Virus record (IMG/VR): IMGVR_UViG_3300040802_000094
Coordinates: 1 to 64,000 of that record
Direction: 5' to 3' (one strand)
Length of the DNA: 64,000 nucleotides
Origin: a virus
Shown: piece after piece, positions 38,155 to 47,706 of the stretch
How the letters are laid out: each line of letters starts with the position of its first letter
Numbering within the stretch: the first letter of the stretch is position 1
Position numbers and translations under genes: made by a program
Notes under the pieces: generated by a model
Databases searched by the model: none
What the model was told of the DNA's origin: nothing
The model's input: the letters and a program-made list of their open reading frames with translations, nothing else

Positions 38155-39861
38155 ATGTCCGATCAATTCATCGAAGCCATCGGCAAAACCCTCAGCCAGA
38201 AAAATGTTTCGCGACTCAAGGAAATTTGGTCGTCGCTTACTGAGCTGCTGGCGAGTACGGGAAACCTCGAAATAGAAGATCTACCAAAAACTTTAATCGA
38301 CCCGCAATCTCAATACGACCTTCACAATATGGAAGGAGAGATTGCCGCTTCCGGGCGAAAAGGTATTGATGTCGGCGCGCAACTCGAATGTACGGCGTGG
38401 GCTGCAAAAGTCAACAGGCTCGCCGACATTTTCGCTCTTTTGTTGCGTACTTATCCTAGGGTATTCAAATACGAACAAGAGGGTGAAGCCGAATTCGAGC
38501 CTCCCGAAGAACGGCTCAGCCGACTGCTGAAGGAGATAACGGACGCCGCTTTTTTGCTTTGTAAGGAAAAACCAGACACCCGCTCAAATGCGGATATTTA
38601 TGCGAGTTCGGGAGAGGGAGAAAAAGAAGACTTCGGCGATCCTTCAATATCCAAGGCCGAAGGGGAAACGGAGTCCGAAAGTACTTCGGATGTCGAGACC
38701 GAAACCTTGATGGCAAGAGATCTCGCGGAAGCCGAAGGCGAGGTTCGCGAAGTTTTCAATATTGAAATTGCCGCGCGAGCGATGCCGACCGCCAAGAAGG
38801 CCGCCAACGAAAGGCCGATCGACGGAATCCTCTTCCAGGTCGATCGGCCCAGCGAGGCAATTCCGGAAGTGGGGCCCGGCTTGCCCCTGTTGATTCCGAA
38901 AGAGGTCGCCCTGGCGGCGATCGCGGACATCACCCCCGGGAAACCAAAACCCTTGGACGCGCACGACACCTTCGCCCGCCATTCCAACCGAGATATTGTC
39001 GGCGCCATGACCAGCGCCTACCTCGAAGGAGACGACCTCGTCGTCCAGGGAGTCCTTTGGGATTACAACCAGCCGGACAAGATTCAGGCGATCGGCCAGG
39101 AGACACAGCGTCTCGGCATGTCCGTCAATGCGACAGCCGACGGACATGTCGCCGAGTGGGGCGGAACGAAAGTCTGGCAGGTAGATCGCCTGCAGATCTT
39201 GGGTGCAAACATCTTGTTTTCGGATAAAGCGACTTTCAAGCGGACGCGGATTATTCGCGCGATCTCGAAATCTTCTTTGGGGGATTTCGAGCAGCCGATC
39301 GCGGCGCGGGCGGAAGATTCGCCGGACTCGGAAGACCTGCCTTTAAACAAAACCTTCGACCCAGAAGAGGACACCATGAGTAACGAAGCAATTTCACAGC
39401 AAATACAAGTGATCGCAAGCTCAGTCAAGGAAGTTCAGACGATCTTCGCCCAGGAACTGGAAGCGTTGCAGGAAGCCGTCCGAGACCTGAGTACGCAAGT
39501 CTCGGATATCCAGTACGAACGGGAGCAAAGTCAGAGTTCGATCCAGGCTGCCGCGCAAGAAGAAGCCAAGCAGAAAGAAAGAGAGGATTTGCTGGCATCG
39601 ATCGCCGAAGTCGTTGACGCAAAACTGGCGAATCTTCCCGGTCCTCGGCGAGCGGGCTACAGCATTCCACTTGCCGCGTCGAGTCCGCCTTCGGCAACGG
39701 CTGGCGATCGGAAAATGGAAATCCAACTGCAATTGAGCAAGTTAAACGGACAGATTGAGGTAATGCAGCGAGATCCCAATATGTCCGGCTCTCCAGAAAT
39801 CATTTCGTTGATCGACAACCGTCGCCAGCTCGTCGCCCAACTAGAATCCTTCGCCAACTAA
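38155..39861 (+). CDS. Prohead protease-scaffold protein
   Basis: Directly upstream of capsid; central domain H...IVGAM...LVVQGVLW...LGMSV...GANIL; acidic coiled-coil C-terminus; repeated [IL]xA[AS] sites. Confidence 0.7.
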   Translation: MSDQFIEAIGKTLSQKNVSRLKEIWSSLTELLASTGNLEIEDLPKTLIDPQSQYDLHNMEGEIAASGRKGIDVGAQLECTAWAAKVNRLADIFALLLRTYPRVFKYEQEGEAEFEPPEERLSRLLKEITDAAFLLCKEKPDTRSNADIYASSGEGEKEDFGDPSISKAEGETESESTSDVETETLMARDLAEAEGEVREVFNIEIAARAMPTAKKAANERPIDGILFQVDRPSEAIPEVGPGLPLLIPKEVALAAIADITPGKPKPLDAHDTFARHSNRDIVGAMTSAYLEGDDLVVQGVLWDYNQPDKIQAIGQETQRLGMSVNATADGHVAEWGGTKVWQVDRLQILGANILFSDKATFKRTRIIRAISKSSLGDFEQPIAARAEDSPDSEDLPLNKTFDPEEDTMSNEAISQQIQVIASSVKEVQTIFAQELEALQEAVRDLSTQVSDIQYEREQSQSSIQAAAQEEAKQKEREDLLASIAEVVDAKLANLPGPRRAGYSIPLAASSPPSATAGDRKMEIQLQLSKLNGQIEVMQRDPNMSGSPEIISLIDNRRQLVAQLESFAN

Positions 39862-39866
39862 GAACT

Positions 39867-40979
39867 ATGGGTATTTCTTTTGCCTCGCCACAAATGGCGC
39901 AAAGGCTGGATTCGTTCGGATTCCAGCGCTCTTACGACTTACAAGCAGCCGCAACTCGACTCGACGGATCTTTTCTGACCCATCGGGACGACTTCATGTC
40001 AACGATCGGACACTATATCAGAAACAGTCAGGACGTCCGGCTGTGGAAGATGATCCGGAAGGAGTTGGCGGAAGCGGATCTGAACAGAGAGGCTATCGAG
40101 GGACAGGATCCCGAGTCCGGCTTCATGAGCAAGAACAACATGAACCCTCCCGTCAACGACGTCGCAAATCCGGCGTCGCACGATTTAAGCGATCCGGGTC
40201 AACTCAATAAAGCGATCGGAGGAATCATCCAGACCGGGCATTATACCGAAAGTATGTGGAGGCAGCAGGGCAAGCCCTACGGAAATCAGCTCTCCGATCG
40301 CACGATGAAGCTGATCAGCTCGATGGTCAAGAATGTCGAGCGCGCTTTATTTCGGGGCAATGCCACGACAAACCCCCTCGAATTTAACGGACTGGAGCAG
40401 CAAATGGATCCCACCCATTTGTTCGAGGCGGATATTACGGCAGGTGACTCGGTAGTCAAGAAGTTGCGAGGGATCGTCCGCCTGTCAATATCCGACGAAA
40501 CGATCCTGAGATCGGTCACGCACATCTTCACGACAGCGTTGGGCGTCCAGCTTCTCGAAGACGAGACAGACATGAAGCTGGAATACCACAACCTCGATCG
40601 CGTTTCTCCGGGGCTGTCGGTTCCGTCGATCGTCACACATCGCGGGCTGATGCCTATCGTGGACTCCCCCTTCCTTCGGGACGAGAAAGGGGCGACCGAC
40701 GCCGACCCCGACTATATTGACTACTGGCTGCTCGACATTAATTCGCTGTGCTGGAAAGGGGTTATTCCGAAAGGGGCGAACGTATCCAATCCCAACAGCC
40801 CTTCCCCGTCGGATTTCGACCCGCAGATTTTCGACATCACGCGATACACCGGAATGGGCGACTTGATGGTCGAAACCCGTATCGGCCTGATGTATGGCAC
40901 GCTATATGCCAAAAACAGAGGACAGGGGATTTGGAAATTGAGAGTTAAAGTTCCGCCGCTAACCGTCGCTTCAATTTAA
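39867..40979 (+). CDS. Major capsid protein (HK97 fold)
   Basis: 370 aa; VERALFRGNATTNPLEFNGL motif; position after scaffold. Confidence 0.85.
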   Translation: MGISFASPQMAQRLDSFGFQRSYDLQAAATRLDGSFLTHRDDFMSTIGHYIRNSQDVRLWKMIRKELAEADLNREAIEGQDPESGFMSKNNMNPPVNDVANPASHDLSDPGQLNKAIGGIIQTGHYTESMWRQQGKPYGNQLSDRTMKLISSMVKNVERALFRGNATTNPLEFNGLEQQMDPTHLFEADITAGDSVVKKLRGIVRLSISDETILRSVTHIFTTALGVQLLEDETDMKLEYHNLDRVSPGLSVPSIVTHRGLMPIVDSPFLRDEKGATDADPDYIDYWLLDINSLCWKGVIPKGANVSNPNSPSPSDFDPQIFDITRYTGMGDLMVETRIGLMYGTLYAKNRGQGIWKLRVKVPPLTVASI

Positions 40980-40983
40980 GTAA

Positions 40984-41460
40984 ATGTCTCTCGTCCGATC
41001 GACGCCCAAGTGGGCTGCCAACCAAATCCAAGTTCCGGGAGTCGGGAGGGTTTTTCGCCCGGTCTCCAACGCCATCGTTACGATGCCCGACGAAGTTGCC
41101 GCGTGGCTGGCGGAAAATGGGTTCGTCGAAATTGTCGGCGGCCTCCCGTCACCCCCTCCGGGGATACCCCGCTCCGTCAAAAAGGAAGGAGGGCGATCGC
41201 CGGATCCTCCTCTCGGTTCGTCACCTCCACCTTCCCCCATGCAAGAAGGATCCGGCGAGGAGACGTGGAAGTCTCTTTTGTTGGAGTATCTAGAACGGTC
41301 TCCCGCAGAGGAGATCATTGAGAATGTTCGGGGAATCGGTCGGGAAACGGCGGAAGCGATCGCCGACCTCCCAAGGCCGCTAACCTGGGAATCGGTCGAG
41401 TCCGTGCTGAAACCCGCACAAATCCGAAACTTGAAAAAATTCTTAGGAGAGGAGGAGTGA
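40984..41460 (+). CDS. Capsid-adjacent protein with helix-hairpin-helix motif
   Basis: ENVRGIGRETAEAI; proline-rich linker. Confidence 0.65.
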   Translation: MSLVRSTPKWAANQIQVPGVGRVFRPVSNAIVTMPDEVAAWLAENGFVEIVGGLPSPPPGIPRSVKKEGGRSPDPPLGSSPPPSPMQEGSGEETWKSLLLEYLERSPAEEIIENVRGIGRETAEAIADLPRPLTWESVESVLKPAQIRNLKKFLGEEE

Positions 41461-41996
41461 TGCCACTCATTACGTCTCACGTCAGCCAGTCCCTCGGGGC
41501 GATCGCTCAGTCCTTGATCGAAACGAAACCCAAATTAATCGCCGCGACGGTTCGGAGGAAGGCGGAAGCTTTCTCCTACGAGGCCGGACAGGCGGTTGTT
41601 CCGTCGGAAGCGAAACTCCTGACTTTTGCGCGGTGTATCCCCGAAGGGGGGAACTCGCTCCTTCTTTCAGCTCAGTTAATTTCCAAGAAGGGGTTTTCCG
41701 GAAAGCTGCTCTTGTTTTCTGGATGCCCGTCGCCCCCCGAAGACGGGAAGGCGGTTGACCCTTCCCGGGACGACATTCGGAAGTTCCTATTTTCTGTCGA
41801 TTTCTCCGACCCTCTCGCCAAGGTAGAAGAGATCGGAGAGTTTCAGTCAATTGAGGTCGTTTCCCACAAAATTGCGGAAAGCGCCGATCGAAACTTGTAC
41901 GGAATTCTCGTCGCGAAAGAGCCTTACGCGGCGATCGCCGAAGAAGAGTTCCTCATCCGGCTTGGCTTCTTTCCCAGAGAACTCAGGATGATCTGA
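41457..41996 (+). CDS. Hypothetical virion protein
   Basis: 179-aa ORF within the head operon, RBS GAGGAG. Confidence 0.65.
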   Translation: MMPLITSHVSQSLGAIAQSLIETKPKLIAATVRRKAEAFSYEAGQAVVPSEAKLLTFARCIPEGGNSLLLSAQLISKKGFSGKLLLFSGCPSPPEDGKAVDPSRDDIRKFLFSVDFSDPLAKVEEIGEFQSIEVVSHKIAESADRNLYGILVAKEPYAAIAEEEFLIRLGFFPRELRMI

Positions 41997-42002
41997 TTTG
42001 TT

Positions 42003-42638
42003 ATGCCTTACCTAACCCCAGAAGAAGCCCGAGATCGCCTGCTCTCGTCGGGGAGGTACGAAGAAAGTACCCTCCCCGACGCAGGCGTACTCGGGCTTTT
42101 GCTGGAGGATATCGAAGAACGCATCGATACTTGGCTGGGATACCACGCGCCTCTAACGGATTACGTAGAAGAATACCGAGTCGATCCGAAAGGGGTCGTC
42201 GTCCTGTCTGGCTTCCCCGTCGCCTCAGTACGACAAGTAGAAATACTTTACGGGATCGAGACGAACAATGCGGAGCAGTCTCCAACCGAAATAGTCACTT
42301 CCGGCTATTGGCTTCGCGGCAATATCGTCGGACTCGGGGGCTGTCCCGGCGATCGCGTCCGGATCTCCTATTCCGCAGGACTAGATCCGCTACCCACCCG
42401 TTTTAAATTGGCCGCGTACAGGCTGTTGCTCGAAGTTTTGGAGAAAGACGGGACGAGTGGCTCTACCGATTCTTTGGACGCGATCGCCCGTCCCGTCACT
42501 TCGCTGTCCGTCCCCGGAATTTCCAAATCTTTCCAGCTCGGGAAAGACCCCGATAGCGGCAAGCCTTTTGGCGAATTCAAGCGGATCGACGAAATCTTGA
42601 GTCGGCTCAAAACCGATCGGAGAAAATTCTTATGGTAA
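42003..42638 (+). CDS. Head-tail connector/adaptor protein
   Basis: MPYLTPEE...IDTWLG...PVASV...VRISYSAG...LPTRFKLA. Confidence 0.8.
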   Translation: MPYLTPEEARDRLLSSGRYEESTLPDAGVLGLLLEDIEERIDTWLGYHAPLTDYVEEYRVDPKGVVVLSGFPVASVRQVEILYGIETNNAEQSPTEIVTSGYWLRGNIVGLGGCPGDRVRISYSAGLDPLPTRFKLAAYRLLLEVLEKDGTSGSTDSLDAIARPVTSLSVPGISKSFQLGKDPDSGKPFGEFKRIDEILSRLKTDRRKFLW

Positions 42639-42919
42639 AAGAAAAGTCAATTTTTAAATCTAAAACCTTATGGGTTTCGGTTCTTACTTTTTGTTACGGG
42701 ATCATGCCCGTCCTTCAGGATGCCTCCGCGACAGAAAAATTTACGCCCGCCCACCTTTTCGAGATTTTCAATTTTGCCGTACTGATGGGCGCGACGATTT
42801 TGACGCGATACCAGGGGAACAGTTCCGTCCTCTTTACACCAAAGGGGTTGCCCGGGATCGACCCGGAGCAGGCCAAGTACATGGCCGAAGTTTTCAATCA
42901 ATCCATGAAAAATGAGTGA
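42632..42919 (+). CDS. Holin-like membrane protein (2 TM)
   Basis: KSIFKSKTLWVSVL N-terminus typical of small phage holins; two hydrophobic segments. Confidence 0.6.
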   Translation: MVKEKSIFKSKTLWVSVLTFCYGIMPVLQDASATEKFTPAHLFEIFNFAVLMGATILTRYQGNSSVLFTPKGLPGIDPEQAKYMAEVFNQSMKNE

Positions 42920-43343
42920 TTTGATTTCCTCGGAAGACTTTCTCGAACTCGCAAAAGAGATGAACCACGACATTCGGATTTATCAACGTCGCGAGACAAA
43001 GTCCGGCGATCGCCGATTGGGATTTCGCGACGACTACGAAGTTCGAGGGCGATCGATCCGAGGATTCATTTCTCCCCGAAAAGAAATAGGCGTCGCGATC
43101 CTCGGAGGCATCGAGTCTTCGACAGATTTGACGGCATACGTTACGGATCTCGACTTCCGGAGTTCCGACGTCACTCCGGAAACGAGAATTGCGGAACACA
43201 ACGTCTACGGCGGCCAGCTATTTCGGGTCAAGTACAAAGGGTACAAGAATGCGGCAAAATACCACGAATTGGAGTTGCTGCAATTGCCAGAAGAATCCGA
43301 CTTCACCAGCGATCGTGCGGGTGAAGTCCTTCATTTAGGCTAG
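42912..43343 (+). CDS. Putative head-closure protein
   Basis: 143 aa beta-rich ORF after the connector. Confidence 0.5.
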   Translation: MSDLISSEDFLELAKEMNHDIRIYQRRETKSGDRRLGFRDDYEVRGRSIRGFISPRKEIGVAILGGIESSTDLTAYVTDLDFRSSDVTPETRIAEHNVYGGQLFRVKYKGYKNAAKYHELELLQLPEESDFTSDRAGEVLHLG

Positions 43344-43352
43344 GAGGAGTAC

Positions 43353-44912
43353 GTGGCAGAGGAAGAAACCAAACCGATCGAGGCAGAAGAGGAAGAGGAA
43401 GAAAAAGAGGAGGGCGAAAAAGAAGGCGAAACGGATGCCGTCGAAGAAATGCAGGAAGAATCGGAAGACGGAGAAGAGGAAGATGTCGAACCCGAATACG
43501 AAGGGCCTCCGGGGCCGCGATACAAAACCTTAATCGAAGTCAAGATCGGCAAAGATACTTTTTCCAATGTCAACGGAGATTTCCTCGACTATCCGACGTG
43601 CAAAATCGTACTGTCAACTTGGTTATTTTCTAACGCACAGTTCGTCTTGAACGACCCGGATGGGGAGATTTTTGAGAAGATCGACGATAGCTCCGAGGTC
43701 GTAATTTCCTTGGGGTTTGCCGGAGCCGAAAAGAAAAAGAAGCTGACGGGAAAGATTTATTCGATCGGACGCATTCTCCCTATCGGTACCGTCGTTAGTA
43801 TTGCCGACGCTACGGCCACGATGAACCGCCCGACAACTTCCGTCAATTCGGACTCGGATGGGACGGCGCCGTCCCCCGAAGACACCCCCGAACCTTGGGA
43901 CGATGTCGTTTACACCACGGGAAGTCTGCTATTTAAAAAATTCAAAGAGATGGCCGACAAGCACAAGGAAGAAGGGGGATCCCTCCCCGTCGTCAACGAA
44001 GACGGGGAGGAAGGGCAGAAAGAGGAAAAGAGCTTTGACGATATTGTCAAAACTTCCGAAAAAGTAAGCGCGCAAATGCTCGAAGAAGGAACGGCACCCA
44101 ATAGGACGACGGCGAGGATGGCGGCTCTGTTTAAAGGGGTTGGCGGCCAACTCAAGGCCAAAGACCGAACCATCGCCAATCCCTCGAAAGGAGGAGAGGT
44201 CTTGGCGATGGCGTCGAGTATGAATGCGGCGATCGTCGAGTCGATCATGAAAGGGAACGTTATCGTAACGGAAGGGAACCAGGTAAAAGAGGTCTCTGCA
44301 GGAAAAGAAGAAAAAAGTAAAATTACGATCGACGTTGCCAACCACACGTTTTACGGCAATCCTCAAATTATCAAAAAAGGTCCCGTCCAACTGGCAAGGG
44401 CTTTCGTCAACGTCAGCAGTCCCGACGCGATCAACAAAACCGTACACAGCGCCACGGTGGGAACGAAGCCTTCCGTTATCGACGCGAGCGGTCCGGTCAA
44501 CGTCCCCGAATGGGGGGAGATCAACCTAGAAGATCCGATCGTCGAAGGCTCTCAGTACACCTGGAGCGACGCGACGGCGGGAGGCGCGCGCGTTCCGGAA
44601 TCCAAGTCCGTGATGGAGGGGATCGCGCGCGTTTGCAAGTGGCTCGATAAATGGACGAACGAAGAAAATGGCGGCGAGAAGTTTTTGATTACTTCGTGGT
44701 ACCGCGAACCTGCCTATAATATGCAAGTGGCGTCGTCGGGGGCGAACGGCCCCCACACGACGGGCAACGCCGTCGATTTTTGGTTCGAGAATTATCTGGA
44801 TTTGTGCGACAAGTTGGATCCGGAGTGGGATGGCGGCCTTGCCTGGAGCCTCAACTCCGAATTCATGCATGTCGATCTCGGCGCGCACGGGAGGTGGAGC
44901 TACGACCACTGA
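43353..44912 (+). CDS. Baseplate hub-like protein fused to a C-terminal peptidase M15A domain
   Basis: AQFVLNDPD...VVISLGF...LTGKI hub-like N-terminus; ITSWYR...N...PHTTGNAVDF...FMHVDLG. Confidence 0.75.
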   Translation: MAEEETKPIEAEEEEEEKEEGEKEGETDAVEEMQEESEDGEEEDVEPEYEGPPGPRYKTLIEVKIGKDTFSNVNGDFLDYPTCKIVLSTWLFSNAQFVLNDPDGEIFEKIDDSSEVVISLGFAGAEKKKKLTGKIYSIGRILPIGTVVSIADATATMNRPTTSVNSDSDGTAPSPEDTPEPWDDVVYTTGSLLFKKFKEMADKHKEEGGSLPVVNEDGEEGQKEEKSFDDIVKTSEKVSAQMLEEGTAPNRTTARMAALFKGVGGQLKAKDRTIANPSKGGEVLAMASSMNAAIVESIMKGNVIVTEGNQVKEVSAGKEEKSKITIDVANHTFYGNPQIIKKGPVQLARAFVNVSSPDAINKTVHSATVGTKPSVIDASGPVNVPEWGEINLEDPIVEGSQYTWSDATAGGARVPESKSVMEGIARVCKWLDKWTNEENGGEKFLITSWYREPAYNMQVASSGANGPHTTGNAVDFWFENYLDLCDKLDPEWDGGLAWSLNSEFMHVDLGAHGRWSYDH

Positions 44913-44989
44913 TCGCCACAGTTGAAAAATAGCAATACAAAAGCCTACCCCGCCTTTTCGGTGGAGTAGGCTTGTCTTTTGAGGAAAAT

Positions 44990-46330
44990 ATGGACCATCA
45001 AGAACTAACGATCCGCGCCCAGCAGATCAAGCAAAACACGCTCGAAGAATTGCAGGCGATCGAGTCGCGGGTCTGCGAACTCGAAAAACTCCACCTACTC
45101 CCCAAGCCGTTGAGACCGTTCGAGTCGATCGACCTAACCTGGCCCGCCGATCCGAAGGTCGAGGTCGTCAACTTGTCCGAAATCGACGACGGACTGGGAG
45201 GAGTTCTCCAGCCTTGCGCGATCGGGGACGACCGGATCGGCTTCGGAACCTACTTTTACGGTTACGAAGGGATGAAAATGGCGGTCTTGAACGTCAACGA
45301 TCCGAGTCTTTCTTCTGTTTTCAACATCAAAGCCTCCACCCCCGACGATATCTACCGGGTCAATAAGACGGTTTTTGACGGACGTTACTTGTACGCGATC
45401 GGGGATATCAATACCAAGACGAAGTACGACTCCCCCCAAAAGCTGATCCGCGTCGATACGACGACCGGATCGGTTTCCTCTTTGGATTTTGGTGCGCCTC
45501 GGGGATTCGCTGCCGCCGTTTACGACGGCAGCCGCTTCCTTTACGCTTTCAGCCGATACCACTATCGAACGAAGCCATATCAGACGATCGCGGAAGGGTA
45601 CGTTACTAAAATCGATACGTACAACTTTTCTCTGGAGTACGTGGAAGAGATCGATTTGAGGGCGATCGACGAATCCCTGACTGGATTCGCGGACGTCGTC
45701 AAAGTGGGGCGGTTTTTATTCGCAATTTCTTTATTGAATCAGCCTAACGGCGCTTATTTTAATCGATTGGTCAAAATCGACACTTCGCTGTTTCCGATGC
45801 GGAAATCGGTCGAGTGGATCGACTGCCTCGAAATCGATAAGAAGCTGGGGGGGATTGACTCGATCGCGACCGACGGAGAATACCTCTACTGTCCCGCCTA
45901 CTATCGATACCATCTCAAAAAAGAAGATGACGGGAATTTCATGAGCTATCGCTCGGGACTCCTTTGGAAGATCTCAATTCAGGACTGGAAGGACAGAAAG
46001 GGGTACGAATGCTTGGATCTAGAGGCAGTTTCCCCGCGATTTCGAGGCCACATCTCGATCGCAATCGTCGGAAATAGGCTCTACATCCCGAGTTACCACA
46101 ACCAGTCCGGCGACAATTACGATCCTGGGTGGGTTTTGTCTGTCGATAAAAACGAGTTTTCTTTGAAATCTCTTAAAAAATTAGAACTCGGCAAAATCGC
46201 GGGGCGGGGAGCGCAATTTCACGGGAACGGAATCGCGATCGGCGATCGCCTGTATTTGTTCTCGTATTATTCGGCTGGTTCGCACGACAATCGAGTTATT
46301 TCATTTGAGGTGTTGAAAGATAATGGATAG
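44990..46330 (+). CDS. Beta-propeller repeat protein (FDGRYLY type) 1, putative receptor-binding protein
   Basis: VFDGRYLYA, VYDGSRFLYA, ATDGEYLYC repeats; N-terminal coiled coil. Confidence 0.75.
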   Translation: MDHQELTIRAQQIKQNTLEELQAIESRVCELEKLHLLPKPLRPFESIDLTWPADPKVEVVNLSEIDDGLGGVLQPCAIGDDRIGFGTYFYGYEGMKMAVLNVNDPSLSSVFNIKASTPDDIYRVNKTVFDGRYLYAIGDINTKTKYDSPQKLIRVDTTTGSVSSLDFGAPRGFAAAVYDGSRFLYAFSRYHYRTKPYQTIAEGYVTKIDTYNFSLEYVEEIDLRAIDESLTGFADVVKVGRFLFAISLLNQPNGAYFNRLVKIDTSLFPMRKSVEWIDCLEIDKKLGGIDSIATDGEYLYCPAYYRYHLKKEDDGNFMSYRSGLLWKISIQDWKDRKGYECLDLEAVSPRFRGHISIAIVGNRLYIPSYHNQSGDNYDPGWVLSVDKNEFSLKSLKKLELGKIAGRGAQFHGNGIAIGDRLYLFSYYSAGSHDNRVISFEVLKDNG

Positions 46331-47693
46331 CCAGCAATTAGAAGCAATTCTCGATCGGATCGAACGCTACGCAATTTCCAAAACAGGAAGTATCGAGCGA
46401 GAGGCCGAGGGAGCGGACGAATTCACTACCTTTTTCTGGGGGACAAAACCAGCAAATTTGACTGTCGATGCTCGTTGGCCGGACAAAAGCGCGATCCGCC
46501 TTTACGACATCGATCGCCAAACCCCCACCGACATAAAGGGGAGCGCCTTGGCTTGCTTGCCCCTGCCCGACGGAAGAGTCGCGATTTCCTACTACTATTC
46601 GATGAAGTCGGCGTACGACAACGGGTTCCTACTTTTCGATCCCAACGCACCCGACAACTCGAAGACCGCACACCCCAAAGCGATCCGGCCCGATTCGGGG
46701 GCGGGATATAACAAGCTTGCCTTTGACGGACGCTACCTTTATTCCGGAGTTCACTACTCGGGCAACAATACGGATTCTAATCCACTGGTACTGACGCGAG
46801 TAGACGTCAATACGCAACAGGTCGAATTTTGCGACATCCCTTCCGAGGAAAAGTCGCTATCAGATGTTTTGTCTCCCGTATACGACGGACAGCAATATAT
46901 CTACTACCCCGTTTACAGCCCGAGAACAATAAGTGGAGGTCTGGTGACTTACCATCCTTCGGGAAGCGTATATCGAATTGATAAAAATAATTTCAGTTGG
47001 GATACCGTCACGATTCGTCGGTGGGAAGGAAGCACCTTCCCTGCCTTTCACAATTCGTTCCGCATTGGCGAATGGATCTACTTATCCAGCCCGAGGTCGC
47101 AGCAAGGCGCGGGCGCCCGTGCCAAAATCTACCGATTTAGACACCGGGATTTCAGCGAATCCGTCGAGATGGAGTCCGTCGATATTGGCGAAGCGTCGCG
47201 GTACGGAGGGGTTTATGGAATGTGGGGCGACGAAAACGCGCTCTACGGGGTTGGCGGGCGAGAGGGGATCGCCTCTGGCGACCAAACGCAAAAAAGGGCG
47301 ATCCGGATCGACCTTTCGCTTGAGTTTGGGAACCCGGAAGCGGTCTCTTTCCTCGACCTGGAAGACGTCGATCCGAGGTTGGGTGGGGGGATGTCGATTT
47401 CGGGCAACGATCGCCACGTCTACTTGGCCACGAATGTGAGGAGCGGGAGAAAGGGGGTGTCTGGCAAAAATATCGTATTTCCCAGGCACAGGGCCACGAA
47501 TGGAACCGTTGTCGCCATCGATCGCCACAATTTCAGCCCGTCCGGCGTAAAGTTTTTGGAAATGGAGGAGATTCACCCGAGATTTAAAAATATTTATTCG
47601 ATCGAGGCGACCGATTCCGACGTATGGACGTTGAGCTATACGGACGGAAAGGGATCTTATCTCAGCTATCTGGCAAAAATTCCGGCACTATAA
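46323..47693 (+). CDS. Beta-propeller repeat protein 2
   Basis: AFDGRYLYS, VYDGQQYIYY, LDLEDVDPRL. Confidence 0.75.
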   Translation: MDSQQLEAILDRIERYAISKTGSIEREAEGADEFTTFFWGTKPANLTVDARWPDKSAIRLYDIDRQTPTDIKGSALACLPLPDGRVAISYYYSMKSAYDNGFLLFDPNAPDNSKTAHPKAIRPDSGAGYNKLAFDGRYLYSGVHYSGNNTDSNPLVLTRVDVNTQQVEFCDIPSEEKSLSDVLSPVYDGQQYIYYPVYSPRTISGGLVTYHPSGSVYRIDKNNFSWDTVTIRRWEGSTFPAFHNSFRIGEWIYLSSPRSQQGAGARAKIYRFRHRDFSESVEMESVDIGEASRYGGVYGMWGDENALYGVGGREGIASGDQTQKRAIRIDLSLEFGNPEAVSFLDLEDVDPRLGGGMSISGNDRHVYLATNVRSGRKGVSGKNIVFPRHRATNGTVVAIDRHNFSPSGVKFLEMEEIHPRFKNIYSIEATDSDVWTLSYTDGKGSYLSYLAKIPAL

Positions 47694-47706
47694 CGCGAGC
47701 GAGCAA

